Source: Capsulimonadaceae bacterium
GTDB taxonomy: Bacteria > Armatimonadota > Armatimonadia > Armatimonadales > Capsulimonadaceae
DNA length: 64,000 nt
Direction: 5' to 3'
Assembly (NCBI GenBank): GCA_965215505.1
Contig: OZ244065.1
Coordinates: 416,001-480,000, forward strand
Shown here in pieces: positions 30,301-38,632 of this stretch. A model generated the notes under the pieces. The model was not told the DNA's origin, did not search any database, and saw nothing but the letters and a program-made list of their open reading frames with translations. The translations under genes were made by a program, and so were the position numbers. How positions within the stretch are numbered: position 1 is the first letter of the stretch; every line of letters starts with the position of its first letter.

Positions 30301-30385
30301 CCGCTTTGACTTCCGAGACGGCCCCTTGGGCTTCAACGTGTACCGGGAGATACAGGTCGTCGGCCGGCCGACCGCCGCGAAATAG
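27341..30385 (+). CDS. Tat-exported GH78 (alpha-L-rhamnosidase-like) glycoside hydrolase with a C-terminal beta-sandwich domain
   Basis: SRRELL Tat motif; FRKQF, Y.LWING, DCADRER, GTVVTEFGPV.VTW. Confidence 0.78.
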   Translation: MDVPRISRRELLVLAGATSVSGLLAGRNRAEGRPILPGRDKGPDLQRAMIWTSGPSPVNTHFVAFRKQFTLPDAPREALLSLFADVRYLLWINGRHVTRGPARFQAEGPEYDTVPVGPFLMAGPNTFAVLVMANASNGKMMRHVPGLTARLDITGLQGTQTVVSTDETWKWSGQTRYREPHVDWGNAMDVIDSTVEDGDWTQPEYQDRLWENAVKIAGSQWGPLSARRIPMLKETPLTVRLNDRDFPVTLSAGQQAEFKTDHLVQAYTALDFEADPDTSFELSYAHISYKARAGRQFYLSTDTHGFKDGTIRVTSGRITIHSFVPVERIYPFECVGSFHSSDPLLDKLWSLCARSLQVMSEDSYVDCADRERTEWMDDTPPCYDVTATAMAGPGPNGAKVYGDPRLLEELLRRTALTLQPGGWVKAHTCSDRFDIHAKMEDRACDWVEGARLYYEGTGSAAPLREIWPAIVAQMDYFLERRSPRGLVIGREWVMWANPMGYETGEGAGLNAFVYKALADAAFLARVLGKTGDAARFAQAAKDLSAAFNRVLWDEEAGTYYSGYDTDAADLPPGVLKGKIGLQADWNLPPKPPTLADNRIAPTVYPALIALDQGIVPAARRERVMRYLLAHPDPNPRIMFYYYYWKQLYAADQPDLDKHILETMRRKWKAMADSPWQTSFEDFHVGSQAHCYGLFPGYFLSAHVLGVRRDRPVWERHLLIEPHLGDLMSAGGTVVTEFGPVPVTWKIGTGTLDFHFVVPDGVTATVRLPQIGAGPRLTMNGKTIPAAAQGGRCVLTLGAGPHTGRVTFTPLPSPPPAPDPITAWTSDSSQAAFEADLAKGSLVALGASACMSASEVGAADAGGGVNADPLRNGTTLNGSGRPETQNDGKTFRGYGAGSSVTFRLDTASSPNGYDVSQIRTFAGHEDGRASQSYSVSVSHHSDPARFTLLVPSASVDCQGGSSEIVIRDLRGGVIANGPAANASGVAAVRFDFRDGPLGFNVYREIQVVGRPTAAK

Positions 30386-30414
30386 AGGCGGAGCGGGAAA
30401 TAGAGGCGGAGCGG
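30379..30414. repeat. Perfect 18-bp tandem duplication over the GH78 stop codon
   Basis: gaaatagaggcggagcgg twice. Confidence 0.9.
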
Positions 30415-30448
30415 TGGTTCGGGTTGAAGCGGGGTATACTGACTGCAT

Positions 30449-31744
30449 ATGGCCCACACTTCAACCACCACCTACAACACCTCCCAGGAGGAGCGCGCCC
30501 TGGTCGTCTCGCTGTCGCTTGCGGGCGGCGAGGACGACATGGAGATGCGCCTGTCCGAGCTGCGCGAGCTGGCGATGACGGCGGGCGCGCGCGTCGTCGG
30601 CGAATTCTCGCAGTCCCGGCGCGCGCCGGACATGGCGACCTACATCGGGCCGGGCAAGGTCGAAGACCTCAAAGGCGAGCTGGCCGCGACCGACGCCGAG
30701 CTGGTCATCTTCGACGACGAGCTTTCCCCCACCCAGCAGCGGAACCTGACGACCGCCCTGGACCGGCGCGTCCTGGACCGGACGCAGCTCATCCTGGACA
30801 TCTTCGCCCAGCGCGCCCGGACGCGCGAGGGCAAGATGCAGGTGGAGCTGGCCCAGCTCAACTACCTCCTGCCGCGCCTCTCGTCACTCTACACCAAGTT
30901 CGAGCGCCAGCAGGGAGGCATCGGCGGGCGCGGTCCGGGCGAGACGAAGCTTGAAAGCGACCGCCGCCGCGTCAAGGAGCGCATCACCGCCCTGGGGCAC
31001 GAGATCGACGAGATCAAGGACCAGCGCGCCCAGCAGCGGCAGTTCCGCCACAAGCTGCCCTTCCCGACCTGCGCCCTCGTCGGCTACACCTCGGCGGGCA
31101 AGAGTACCCTGCTGAACCTCCTATCCGGGGCCGAAGTGCTGGCCGACCGGATGCTCTTCTCCACCCTCGACCCGACCACACGCCGGGTCGTCCTGCCGCA
31201 CGGCGGCTGGTCCGTCCTGATGACCGACACGGTGGGCTTCATCCGCAACCTGCCGCACCACCTCGTCGTCTCGTTCCGGGCCACCCTGGAAGAGGTCATC
31301 CAGGCCGACTTCCTGATTCACGTCGTGGACACCAGCCACCCGGAGCGTGACCGGCAGATGCGCGCCGTCAATGAGGTTTTGGCCGAGCTGGGCGCGGCGG
31401 ACAAGCCCATCATCACCGCCTTCAACAAGGCCGACACGGTGAAGGACCTCTACGTCTTGCAGGAGCTGGTCGCCTCGGTCCCCAACTCGTGCTACCTCTC
31501 CGCCCTGCGGCGCGACGGCATCCCCTTCCTGATGGACCGCATGGAGGCGACCCTCCAGACCCTCCTGGCGACCGTCACCCTGGTGCTGCCCTACGACCGC
31601 AGCGACGTGGTCGCCCAGTGCTACGAGATGGGCCGCGTGCATTCGGTGGACTACGGCCCGGAAACCATCACCGTCCGCGCCGACATCGCCAAAGAACTGG
31701 CGGGCCGCCTGGTCCAGTACACGCCCGGCTACATCCCGGACTGA
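30449..31744 (+). CDS. hflX: GTPase HflX
   Basis: LILDIFAQRART.EGK.QVELAQL, GGRGPGETKLE, GYTSAGKSTL, DTVGFI, NKAD. Confidence 0.96.
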   Translation: MAHTSTTTYNTSQEERALVVSLSLAGGEDDMEMRLSELRELAMTAGARVVGEFSQSRRAPDMATYIGPGKVEDLKGELAATDAELVIFDDELSPTQQRNLTTALDRRVLDRTQLILDIFAQRARTREGKMQVELAQLNYLLPRLSSLYTKFERQQGGIGGRGPGETKLESDRRRVKERITALGHEIDEIKDQRAQQRQFRHKLPFPTCALVGYTSAGKSTLLNLLSGAEVLADRMLFSTLDPTTRRVVLPHGGWSVLMTDTVGFIRNLPHHLVVSFRATLEEVIQADFLIHVVDTSHPERDRQMRAVNEVLAELGAADKPIITAFNKADTVKDLYVLQELVASVPNSCYLSALRRDGIPFLMDRMEATLQTLLATVTLVLPYDRSDVVAQCYEMGRVHSVDYGPETITVRADIAKELAGRLVQYTPGYIPD

Positions 31745-31762
31745 GCCTGATAGGAGGAACGC

Positions 31763-32641
31763 ATGAGCCGCCTCACATGGACTTGCCTCCTTGCTCTGCT
31801 CTGCCTGCCGTTCGGCTGCTGGGCGCGCACAAGCCCGCCGCTCGGGGTCGCCCGAACCCTGGAAGCCGGCGTGACGGAGTACGAGGTGGCCCTGCCGAGC
31901 GGCACTTCAGCGGAACACCTATGGATCTACCTGCCAGCCCATCGCGCGAAGGCGAAGCTGCCCTGTCTGTTCATCGCGGCGGCGGGGACCCGGCTGTTCC
32001 ACGGGATAGACCTGGGCGATGGGGATCGGCCAGAACACTTGCCTTACGTCCGGGCCGGCTATGCCGTCGTCGCCTACTCGCTCGACGGGCCGCTCGGGGA
32101 CCGACCCAGCGGCCGGCAGGTCGTGGAGGCCGCTCAGGCGTTTAAATCGGCAGATGCGGGCCTGGCGGACGCACACGCAGCCATGGATTATGCCCTGGCA
32201 AACGTCCCACACCTAAACCCGAAGCGCCTGTACGCGGCGGGCCATAGCTCGGCGGGCACTCTCTCCCTGCTGCTGGCCGAGAACGACCCGCGCATCGCCG
32301 CTTGCATCGCCTACGCCCCTTGCTGCAATGTGCCCCACCATTTGGGGCCGCGCGTGGTCGGCGTACTGGACCATGCCGTCCCCGGCGAGCGGGCTTTCCT
32401 GACCCGGCGCTCGCCGGACGCGGGCGTCGCCAGACTGACCTGCCCGCTGTTCCTGTTTCATGCGGACGATGACTCGACGATCCCGGCGGCGGATGTCGCA
32501 GAGTTTGCGCGCCTGGCCCAGCAGACGAACCCGCGTGTGACCTTCGTCCATGTCCCCACCGGGGAACACTACGACTCGATGATCCGGCAGGGTATCCCGC
32601 GCGCCCTCCGGTGGCTCCAGGCACTTCCCGCAAAGGGCTGA
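31763..32641 (+). CDS. Exported alpha/beta hydrolase (S9-like)
   Basis: Signal peptide; GHSSAG nucleophile elbow; FHADDD; EHY. Confidence 0.8.
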   Translation: MSRLTWTCLLALLCLPFGCWARTSPPLGVARTLEAGVTEYEVALPSGTSAEHLWIYLPAHRAKAKLPCLFIAAAGTRLFHGIDLGDGDRPEHLPYVRAGYAVVAYSLDGPLGDRPSGRQVVEAAQAFKSADAGLADAHAAMDYALANVPHLNPKRLYAAGHSSAGTLSLLLAENDPRIAACIAYAPCCNVPHHLGPRVVGVLDHAVPGERAFLTRRSPDAGVARLTCPLFLFHADDDSTIPAADVAEFARLAQQTNPRVTFVHVPTGEHYDSMIRQGIPRALRWLQALPAKG

Positions 32642-32663
32642 CGCGGGCATCTCTGGAGGAACC

Positions 32664-33395
32664 ATGGCACACCGATCATTTCCCCTCGCTGTTTCTGCCT
32701 TGCTGCTCGGCGTCGCCTTCGCGCCCCCCATCGCCCTGGGCCTGGACAAAAGGCCCACAGGCCCGACAACGCTGCCCCCGCCGCCGTCCCGCCCGCCGCC
32801 GTCCCGCCCGCAGCAGCCGCAGTCCCACCCGGACCGGCACGAGCATCGTGAGAGGCGCGAGCCTCCCTACTGCCCGCCCCCGGCCGCGTATGTCCCCGTC
32901 AAGCCGGACATCAGCTTCGAGATTCGACTCCTCAGCCTTGACGCGGGCCAGGCCGATGTCCCTGCCGTGAGCGCGTTCCTGGCGGCCACCTCGAATCCGG
33001 ACGAACAGCGCGCGGGCCTCCAGGCGCGGGCGAAGCCGGGCGGCCCCGTCCTCCAGACGTCCGGGGGCCAGACCCTGAACGTCAAGCAAGACGCCACCGG
33101 CCTGCGCGACCTCGGCGCGTCCGCCCTGCGCGTGAGCGCCCACCCGCACCTTGACGCGCGGGGGGCGGAGGCCGTTGACTTCATCGTAGAGCAGACACCG
33201 GCGGGCAAGCCCCCGCTCAGGACGAACGCCTACGTCAGCCTCGTCTTCGACAACGGGGACACCAAGCTCCTCAGCGACACCGCCCGCCCGGACGGCACGC
33301 GCCGCCTCGTCTATGCTACGGTGTTCTTCCCTCCGTGTTCTTCCCACCCCGTTCCCCCCGTGTCCGTGCTGAGTGTCTGGCAGAGCCTGCACTAG
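32664..33395 (+). CDS. Hypothetical exported protein with a Pro-rich linker
   Basis: GGAGG RBS, signal peptide, host-like codon usage. Confidence 0.6.
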   Translation: MAHRSFPLAVSALLLGVAFAPPIALGLDKRPTGPTTLPPPPSRPPPSRPQQPQSHPDRHEHRERREPPYCPPPAAYVPVKPDISFEIRLLSLDAGQADVPAVSAFLAATSNPDEQRAGLQARAKPGGPVLQTSGGQTLNVKQDATGLRDLGASALRVSAHPHLDARGAEAVDFIVEQTPAGKPPLRTNAYVSLVFDNGDTKLLSDTARPDGTRRLVYATVFFPPCSSHPVPPVSVLSVWQSLH

Positions 33396-33775
33396 AGTTC
33401 GGGCAGGAGACCGCCCACGGAACAATGAAAGTTTCCGTCTCTGATGCCAAGGGCCGTGTCCAGTCTGCGCCCCACGGACCAAAGCCGCAGAGCGCGTTCC
33501 TGCTCCTCGACAGCCTCCGCAGCGAGGGCTGCCAGTCGCCTCCGCTCGCCTTCCGTGACGCCGCCGGCAAAACGCAGGCGGCGGACGGCGTCCAAGGCTG
33601 TACGAATCGCTCGCAACGCCGCGCGGGTGTCCTCGGCGGGTGCCAAGTCTTCTCGGACGACGGCCCTCCAGAGTTGCGGTCCCACCCGCAGGAGATAGGT
33701 GTCGGATGCCGCGACCCCTTGGTCGGGGACTTGTTGGCTGACACGCCGGGGCGTCTGCTGGATTTCCTGCTGCAT
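33392..33775 (-). CDS. Hypothetical protein
   Basis: GAGGAG RBS before ATG; 127-aa helical ORF. Confidence 0.5.
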   Translation of the reverse strand: MQQEIQQTPRRVSQQVPDQGVAASDTYLLRVGPQLWRAVVREDLAPAEDTRAALRAIRTALDAVRRLRFAGGVTEGERRRLAALAAEAVEEQERALRLWSVGRRLDTALGIRDGNFHCSVGGLLPEL

Positions 33776-33946
33776 GGTCGTGGTCTCCTCGGGTAGATCG
33801 TATCCATGGGGATAGTATCTTGCGGAGCGTAATGCAAAGCGTAATCAGATCAGAGGTTTTTGTCACAAGCAAGCGCATGGCCGGCACAAGCCCGCGCCCT
33901 GCCCCGCACATCACGCGCACGCGGCCTCGGGTATACTCTACGGAGC

Positions 33947-36900
33947 ATGTGCGCGTTCAAGACCACTCACCCACTTACGACCGTCCCCGAGGAGGGCTTG
34001 CCGCTCGACACCTTAGAAGGCGTCATCGAGCGGATCACCTTTCACAACGAGGAGAACGGCTACACCGTGGCCCGCCTCCTGCCCCCGAACGCGCGTGACG
34101 TCATCACCATCCTCGGCAACTTTTCTAATCCCGTCGTCGGCGAAAGCCTGCTCTGCCACGGGACCTGGACCCGCCACCCGCAGTGGGGGAAGCAAATGCA
34201 GGTGGCCCGCTATGAGGTCGTCCGGCCCGCCACCGCCTTCGCCATCGAGAAGTACCTGGGCAGCGGCATGGTCAAAGGGGTCGGCCCGGTCACGGCCAAG
34301 CGCATCGTGAACAAGTTCGGCGACGAGGCCCTGGACATCATCGAACACCATCCGGGCAAGCTCCTGGAGGTGCCCGGCATCGGCGCGAAGACGCTGGCGA
34401 AGATCACGCAGGCGTGGAAGGACCAGCGGGAGATACGGAACATCATGCTGTTCCTCCAGGCGCACGGCGTCTCGCCCGCCTACGCCGTCAAGATCTACCG
34501 GGCTTATGGCGGGAAGTCTATTGAAGTCGTCGAGAAGAACCCCTATCAGCTCGCCTCGGACATCTGGGGCATCGGCTTCAAGAGCGCCGACAAGATCGCA
34601 AGGGCCATCGGCATCGCCGAGGACGACCCGCGCCGCATTGAAGCGGGTGTGGTCTATGTGCTGAACGAGGCGGTCGAGTCCGGCGGCAACGCCTACCTGA
34701 CCGAGAAAGAACTGACCGACAAGGCGACGGAGATACTGGGGGTGGGGGACGTGGCCGCCGCCCTGCTGGCCCTGTCCACCTCGGGCCGCCTGGTTTCGGA
34801 GTCGGCGACGTTCCTGGGCCAGACGGAAGTCGCCGTCTACACCCCCTCCTTGCACAAGACCGAGATCGGCCTGGCCGACCGCCTCAAGAAGCTGCTGGCG
34901 ACGCCGCTGAAGCAGCCCCCCGACGCCGTGAAGTTCGAGGCCTGGCTCTCGGCCCTGTGCGAGAAGAACGGCTTCCCGCTCTCCGAGGAGCAGCGCGCGG
35001 CAGTCAGCACAGCCCTCCTGTCGCGGTTTGCCATCATGACCGGCGGGCCGGGCGTCGGCAAGACCTTTAGCACCAAGGCGATCGTGACGGCCTTCGAGGC
35101 TTTGAAGAAAGACGTCCTGCTGGCCTCGCCGACGGGCCGGGCGGCCAAACGCATGACCGAGGTGACCGGGCGGGAGGCGAAGACCGTCCACCGGTTGCTG
35201 GAATTCGACCCCGAGAAGCGCGGCTTCAAGCGTGACGGGGACACGCCTTTGGAGTGCGACGTGCTGATCGTGGATGAAAGCTCCATGCTGGACATGGTGC
35301 TGACCTACTCCTTGCTCAAGGCAGTCCCTGAGAGCGCGCAGGTCGTCTTCGTCGGCGATGTGGACCAGTTGCCTTCCGTCGGCCCCGGCAACGTCCTCCG
35401 GGACCTGATCGAGAGCGGGGCCGTCCCGGTCGCCCGGTTGACTCAGGTGTTCCGGCAGGCCGCCGAGAGCCTGATCATCACGAATGCCCACGCAATCAAC
35501 GCCGGCCGGATGCCCTCCCTGCCGCCGCCGAGCGCGGGCCGCGACTGCGCTTACCTCAGCGCCGAGGAGGCCGAGGAAGTCGCCGACAAGGTGGTCGCCG
35601 TGGTCGCCAAGAGCCTCCCCAAGCGCGGCTACGCCCCTGGCGACATCCAGGTCCTGACGCCGATGCAGCGCGGGAGCGCGGGAGCCGCCTACCTCAACAC
35701 GCGCTTGCAGGAGGCCCTGAACCCCGCCGCGCCGGGCAAGGACGAGGTCCAGCGCGGCATCCGCCTGTTCCGGGTCGGCGACCGCGTGATGCAGATCGTC
35801 AACAACTACGACAAGTTCGTCTACAACGGCGACATCGGGGCGGTCGAGTCCATCAGCCACGAGGACGAAACGCTGACCGTCGCCTTCCCCGACGCCGAGG
35901 GCATCAACCTCGTCGTCTACGAGTTCGCCGACATGGACGAGCTGGTCATGGCAAACGCGGTCAGCATCCATAAGTGCATCGCCCAGGACGAGAAGGTATA
36001 CACACAGCAGCGTGGCCTCGTCGCGATCAAAGACTTGCAGGTCGGTGACCTCGTCTACACCAGCGACCACACTCCCAAGCCGGTTCTCGACGTGATCCCG
36101 ACCGGGGGCAAGCCGGTCGTGCGAATAGTGACGCGCATGGGCTACCGGATCGACGTCTCGGAGGAGCACCCGCTGCTCGCCTGCACCGATAGCGCCCCCG
36201 AATACACGGCCGCCAGAGATCTGCGTGTCGGTGATGCCGTCTGCATCAGCCGCAACGCCGTTGACCCGCAGGCGAGTGTCGCCTTGCCACCGGTCCAGGC
36301 GGGGCTTGGTCGGCAGACTCCTCGCCTGCCTTGTGTGATTGATGAAGACTTCGCCTGGTTCCTAGGAGCTACCGTCGGTGATGGGTCCTATCGCGACCAG
36401 AAAGATGGCACGGTTGACTTCACCAACCAGGACCGCACTGTTCTGTGCAAATACCAAGCCCTCCTTGAAAGCTACGACCTTCGTGTCTGCACCTACCGCC
36501 GTGACGGGCAAAATGCGACTCGGCTGTATGTCGTTTCACGGGCCTTCCGCGAATGGCTATTTCGGATCGGCCTGCGCTTCTCGAAAGCCGACACGAAATC
36601 CGTCCCAGAAAGCATTTTCCAGGCGTCTGCGAAGGTCAAGTCTGCTTTCCTGCGCGGGCTGTTCGACACTGACGGGAGCGCCAGTAGGGGAACACTCCGG
36701 GCCTGCCGTCTGGTGACCGCGTCGCCGGTCCTGGCGGAACAGGTACAGCAGCTTCTGCTGTCGCTAGGTATCATCTCCATCCGCACTCGCTCTACCCCGA
36801 ACGCTTGGTATGTCAGCGTCAGCGGGACGTCACTCAACCGGTTTTCGGCAGCCGTCGGCTTCACGGTGGCCTACAAACAGGAACGCCTCGATGCCCTGCT

Positions 36901-37513
36901 TGATCGGGCCACTGGGCTACGATTTAAGACAAACAATGACTTCATCCCCCACAGTGCCTCAGTGATGCGTGAGTGCCGGGAGAGCCTGACCCGACACGCC
37001 GGCAGGAGTCAAGGGATTAGGGGCAAGGGCTTGTATGGGTCGGGCCGGCACGGCGTCGGCCTGATCTTCCAGAAAATTACTCGGGGGAAGTTATTGTCTC
37101 ACCAGAACGTGCTTGACGTGAAGGTGTATCTGGAAGAGGAGGGAGCGGTGGTGCCTGAGAGCCTGAGTTCAGCCGCCGCCCTGCATCACTGCTACGACCG
37201 CATCGCCAGCATCGAGCGTCTTGCGGAAGAGGTGCCGATGTACGACATCGAGGTGGAAGGCCTCCACTCCTTCATCGCCAACGGCTTCGTCTGTCACAAC
37301 TCGCAGGGCAGTGAATACCCCGCCGTCGTCCTCGCCCTGCACACCCAGCACTACATGCTCTTGCAGCGCAACCTGCTGTATACGGCCCTGACGCGCGCCA
37401 AAAAGTTCGCCGTCCTCATCGGCCCGATGCGCGCCATCGCCATGGCTGTCAAGAAGCAGAACGACATCCACCGGCACACGCGGCTGAAGGAACGGCTGCA
37501 AGGCCTGCTGTGA
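33947..37513 (+). CDS. recD2: RecD2 ATP-dependent helicase containing an intein
   Basis: ITFHNEENGYTV, HhH region GVGPVTA, TGGPGVGKT, SPTGRAAKR, VDESSM, VGDVDQLPSVG, SIHK/SQGSE, RNLLYTALTRAK. Confidence 0.93.
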   Translation: MCAFKTTHPLTTVPEEGLPLDTLEGVIERITFHNEENGYTVARLLPPNARDVITILGNFSNPVVGESLLCHGTWTRHPQWGKQMQVARYEVVRPATAFAIEKYLGSGMVKGVGPVTAKRIVNKFGDEALDIIEHHPGKLLEVPGIGAKTLAKITQAWKDQREIRNIMLFLQAHGVSPAYAVKIYRAYGGKSIEVVEKNPYQLASDIWGIGFKSADKIARAIGIAEDDPRRIEAGVVYVLNEAVESGGNAYLTEKELTDKATEILGVGDVAAALLALSTSGRLVSESATFLGQTEVAVYTPSLHKTEIGLADRLKKLLATPLKQPPDAVKFEAWLSALCEKNGFPLSEEQRAAVSTALLSRFAIMTGGPGVGKTFSTKAIVTAFEALKKDVLLASPTGRAAKRMTEVTGREAKTVHRLLEFDPEKRGFKRDGDTPLECDVLIVDESSMLDMVLTYSLLKAVPESAQVVFVGDVDQLPSVGPGNVLRDLIESGAVPVARLTQVFRQAAESLIITNAHAINAGRMPSLPPPSAGRDCAYLSAEEAEEVADKVVAVVAKSLPKRGYAPGDIQVLTPMQRGSAGAAYLNTRLQEALNPAAPGKDEVQRGIRLFRVGDRVMQIVNNYDKFVYNGDIGAVESISHEDETLTVAFPDAEGINLVVYEFADMDELVMANAVSIHKCIAQDEKVYTQQRGLVAIKDLQVGDLVYTSDHTPKPVLDVIPTGGKPVVRIVTRMGYRIDVSEEHPLLACTDSAPEYTAARDLRVGDAVCISRNAVDPQASVALPPVQAGLGRQTPRLPCVIDEDFAWFLGATVGDGSYRDQKDGTVDFTNQDRTVLCKYQALLESYDLRVCTYRRDGQNATRLYVVSRAFREWLFRIGLRFSKADTKSVPESIFQASAKVKSAFLRGLFDTDGSASRGTLRACRLVTASPVLAEQVQQLLLSLGIISIRTRSTPNAWYVSVSGTSLNRFSAAVGFTVAYKQERLDALLDRATGLRFKTNNDFIPHSASVMRECRESLTRHAGRSQGIRGKGLYGSGRHGVGLIFQKITRGKLLSHQNVLDVKVYLEEEGAVVPESLSSAAALHHCYDRIASIERLAEEVPMYDIEVEGLHSFIANGFVCHNSQGSEYPAVVLALHTQHYMLLQRNLLYTALTRAKKFAVLIGPMRAIAMAVKKQNDIHRHTRLKERLQGLL
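35975..37300 (+). mobile_element. Intein with a LAGLIDADG homing endonuclease (442 aa)
   Basis: Begins CIAQDEKV; block B SEEHPL; LGATVGDGS and FLRGLFDTDGS; ends MYDIEVEGLHSFIANGFVCHN followed by Ser+1. Confidence 0.95.
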
Positions 37514-37560
37514 CCGGGGCGGGATTCAAGAAATAAACCGATCCGCCCAGCGCCCTCCCC

Positions 37561-37589
37561 TTGACATTGACCCGCCCGCCGTGTATACT
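37561..37589 (+). promoter_or_regulatory. sigma70 promoter for the ANTAR operon
   Basis: TTGACA-N17-TATACT. Confidence 0.8.
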
Positions 37590-37726
37590 GTGCCAACTCC
37601 CTAGCCGCCCGCCGTCCTCTTTCCGAGGGCCGGCGACACGGCAGGCGGGCCGGGACGAAGCCGTGCCGCCCGCTCCCGGAGCATCCCGATCCCGTCCCGC
37701 GCACCGACGCGCCCCCTTCTCTGTGC

Positions 37727-37795
37727 AAGAGGCAAGCCGACGCCGCCGTCATCGTGACGCCGTTCCCGTCGCCGCTTGGCCTCTTTTTATTTTTT
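37727..37795 (+). terminator. Leader (attenuator-type) terminator upstream of the ANTAR gene
   Basis: aagaggcaagccgacg ... cgtcgccgcttggcctctt imperfect stem followed by TTTTTATTTTTT, ending about 16 nt before the ATG. Confidence 0.65.
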
Positions 37796-37811
37796 GACCT
37801 CCCGCAGAGAA

Positions 37812-38483
37812 ATGGAAGCACTCGCAATGGACGCCCTGAGAACGGAGCCGGGGAAGACCGAATCCGCCAAAGCCGAATCCGTCAAAGCCGCACCCGCCCG
37901 ACCGGAGCCGGTGAGAGTCGTGATCGCCGACGACGACCCGCTGACGCGCCTGGACCTGCGCCACAGCCTGGAGGGCCTGGGCCTGCGCGTGTTGGGCGAG
38001 GCCGAGGACGGGCGGCAGGCCCTGGTCCTGGCCCGCACCCTGCACCCCGACCTGATGATTCTGGACATCATGATGCCGCAGATGGACGGGCTGGAAGCCG
38101 CCCGCCTGGTCCGCAGCGAACAGCTCGCCGCCGTCGTCCTGCTGACCGGCTATGCCGAGGAGGACATGGTCGCCAAGGCCGACGCGGCGGGCGTCCTGGC
38201 CTACCTCCGCAAGCCGTTCCGGCCCACCGACCTCGGCCCGGCCATCGCCATCGCCCTAGGGCGGCACCGCGAGCGGCAGGCGCTGGAGTCGGACGTCGAA
38301 TCGCTGAAGGAGAAGATGGAGGCGCGCAAACTGGTCGGCCGGGCCAAGGCGATCCTGATGGAGCGCCACAACCTGACCGAGCGCGAGGCCTTCTACCGCA
38401 TCCAGGCGCAGAGTCAGAGCCTGCAAAAGCCCGCCCACGAGATCGCCAAGGCCATCATCACCGCCAGCGAGCTGGGAATGTGA
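37812..38483 (+). CDS. ANTAR-domain response regulator (PdtaR/NasT/EutV-like)
   Basis: Receiver IADDD...LDIMMPQMDG...YLRKPF; ANTAR RKLVGRAKAILMERHNLTEREAF. Confidence 0.93.
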   Translation: MEALAMDALRTEPGKTESAKAESVKAAPARPEPVRVVIADDDPLTRLDLRHSLEGLGLRVLGEAEDGRQALVLARTLHPDLMILDIMMPQMDGLEAARLVRSEQLAAVVLLTGYAEEDMVAKADAAGVLAYLRKPFRPTDLGPAIAIALGRHRERQALESDVESLKEKMEARKLVGRAKAILMERHNLTEREAFYRIQAQSQSLQKPAHEIAKAIITASELGM

Positions 38484-38632
38484 CGTGTTCCGCCGGCGAG
38501 GGGCCACCCGCACGGTAAAAATACCTGCAACAAAACGGCCGCGGCATACTCTAAATGCCCGTAAGGCAACACGCTCGCACAGAGTCACCAGACAGCGCAC
38601 AGACAGGCTCACTAGAAGCCACATCAGGAGGA

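Noticed and set aside
34013..36169. 718-aa minus-strand ORF and similar long antisense ORFs (13967-15493, 22815-24395, 46039-47817, 51393-53066, 59871-61448)
   Set aside because: Shadow ORFs of high-GC3 genes with no recognisable motifs
38484..38632. ANTAR twin-hairpin or nitrogen-regulator box before the porin
   Set aside because: No convincing hexaloop pair, terminator or GlnR/NtcA-spaced palindrome
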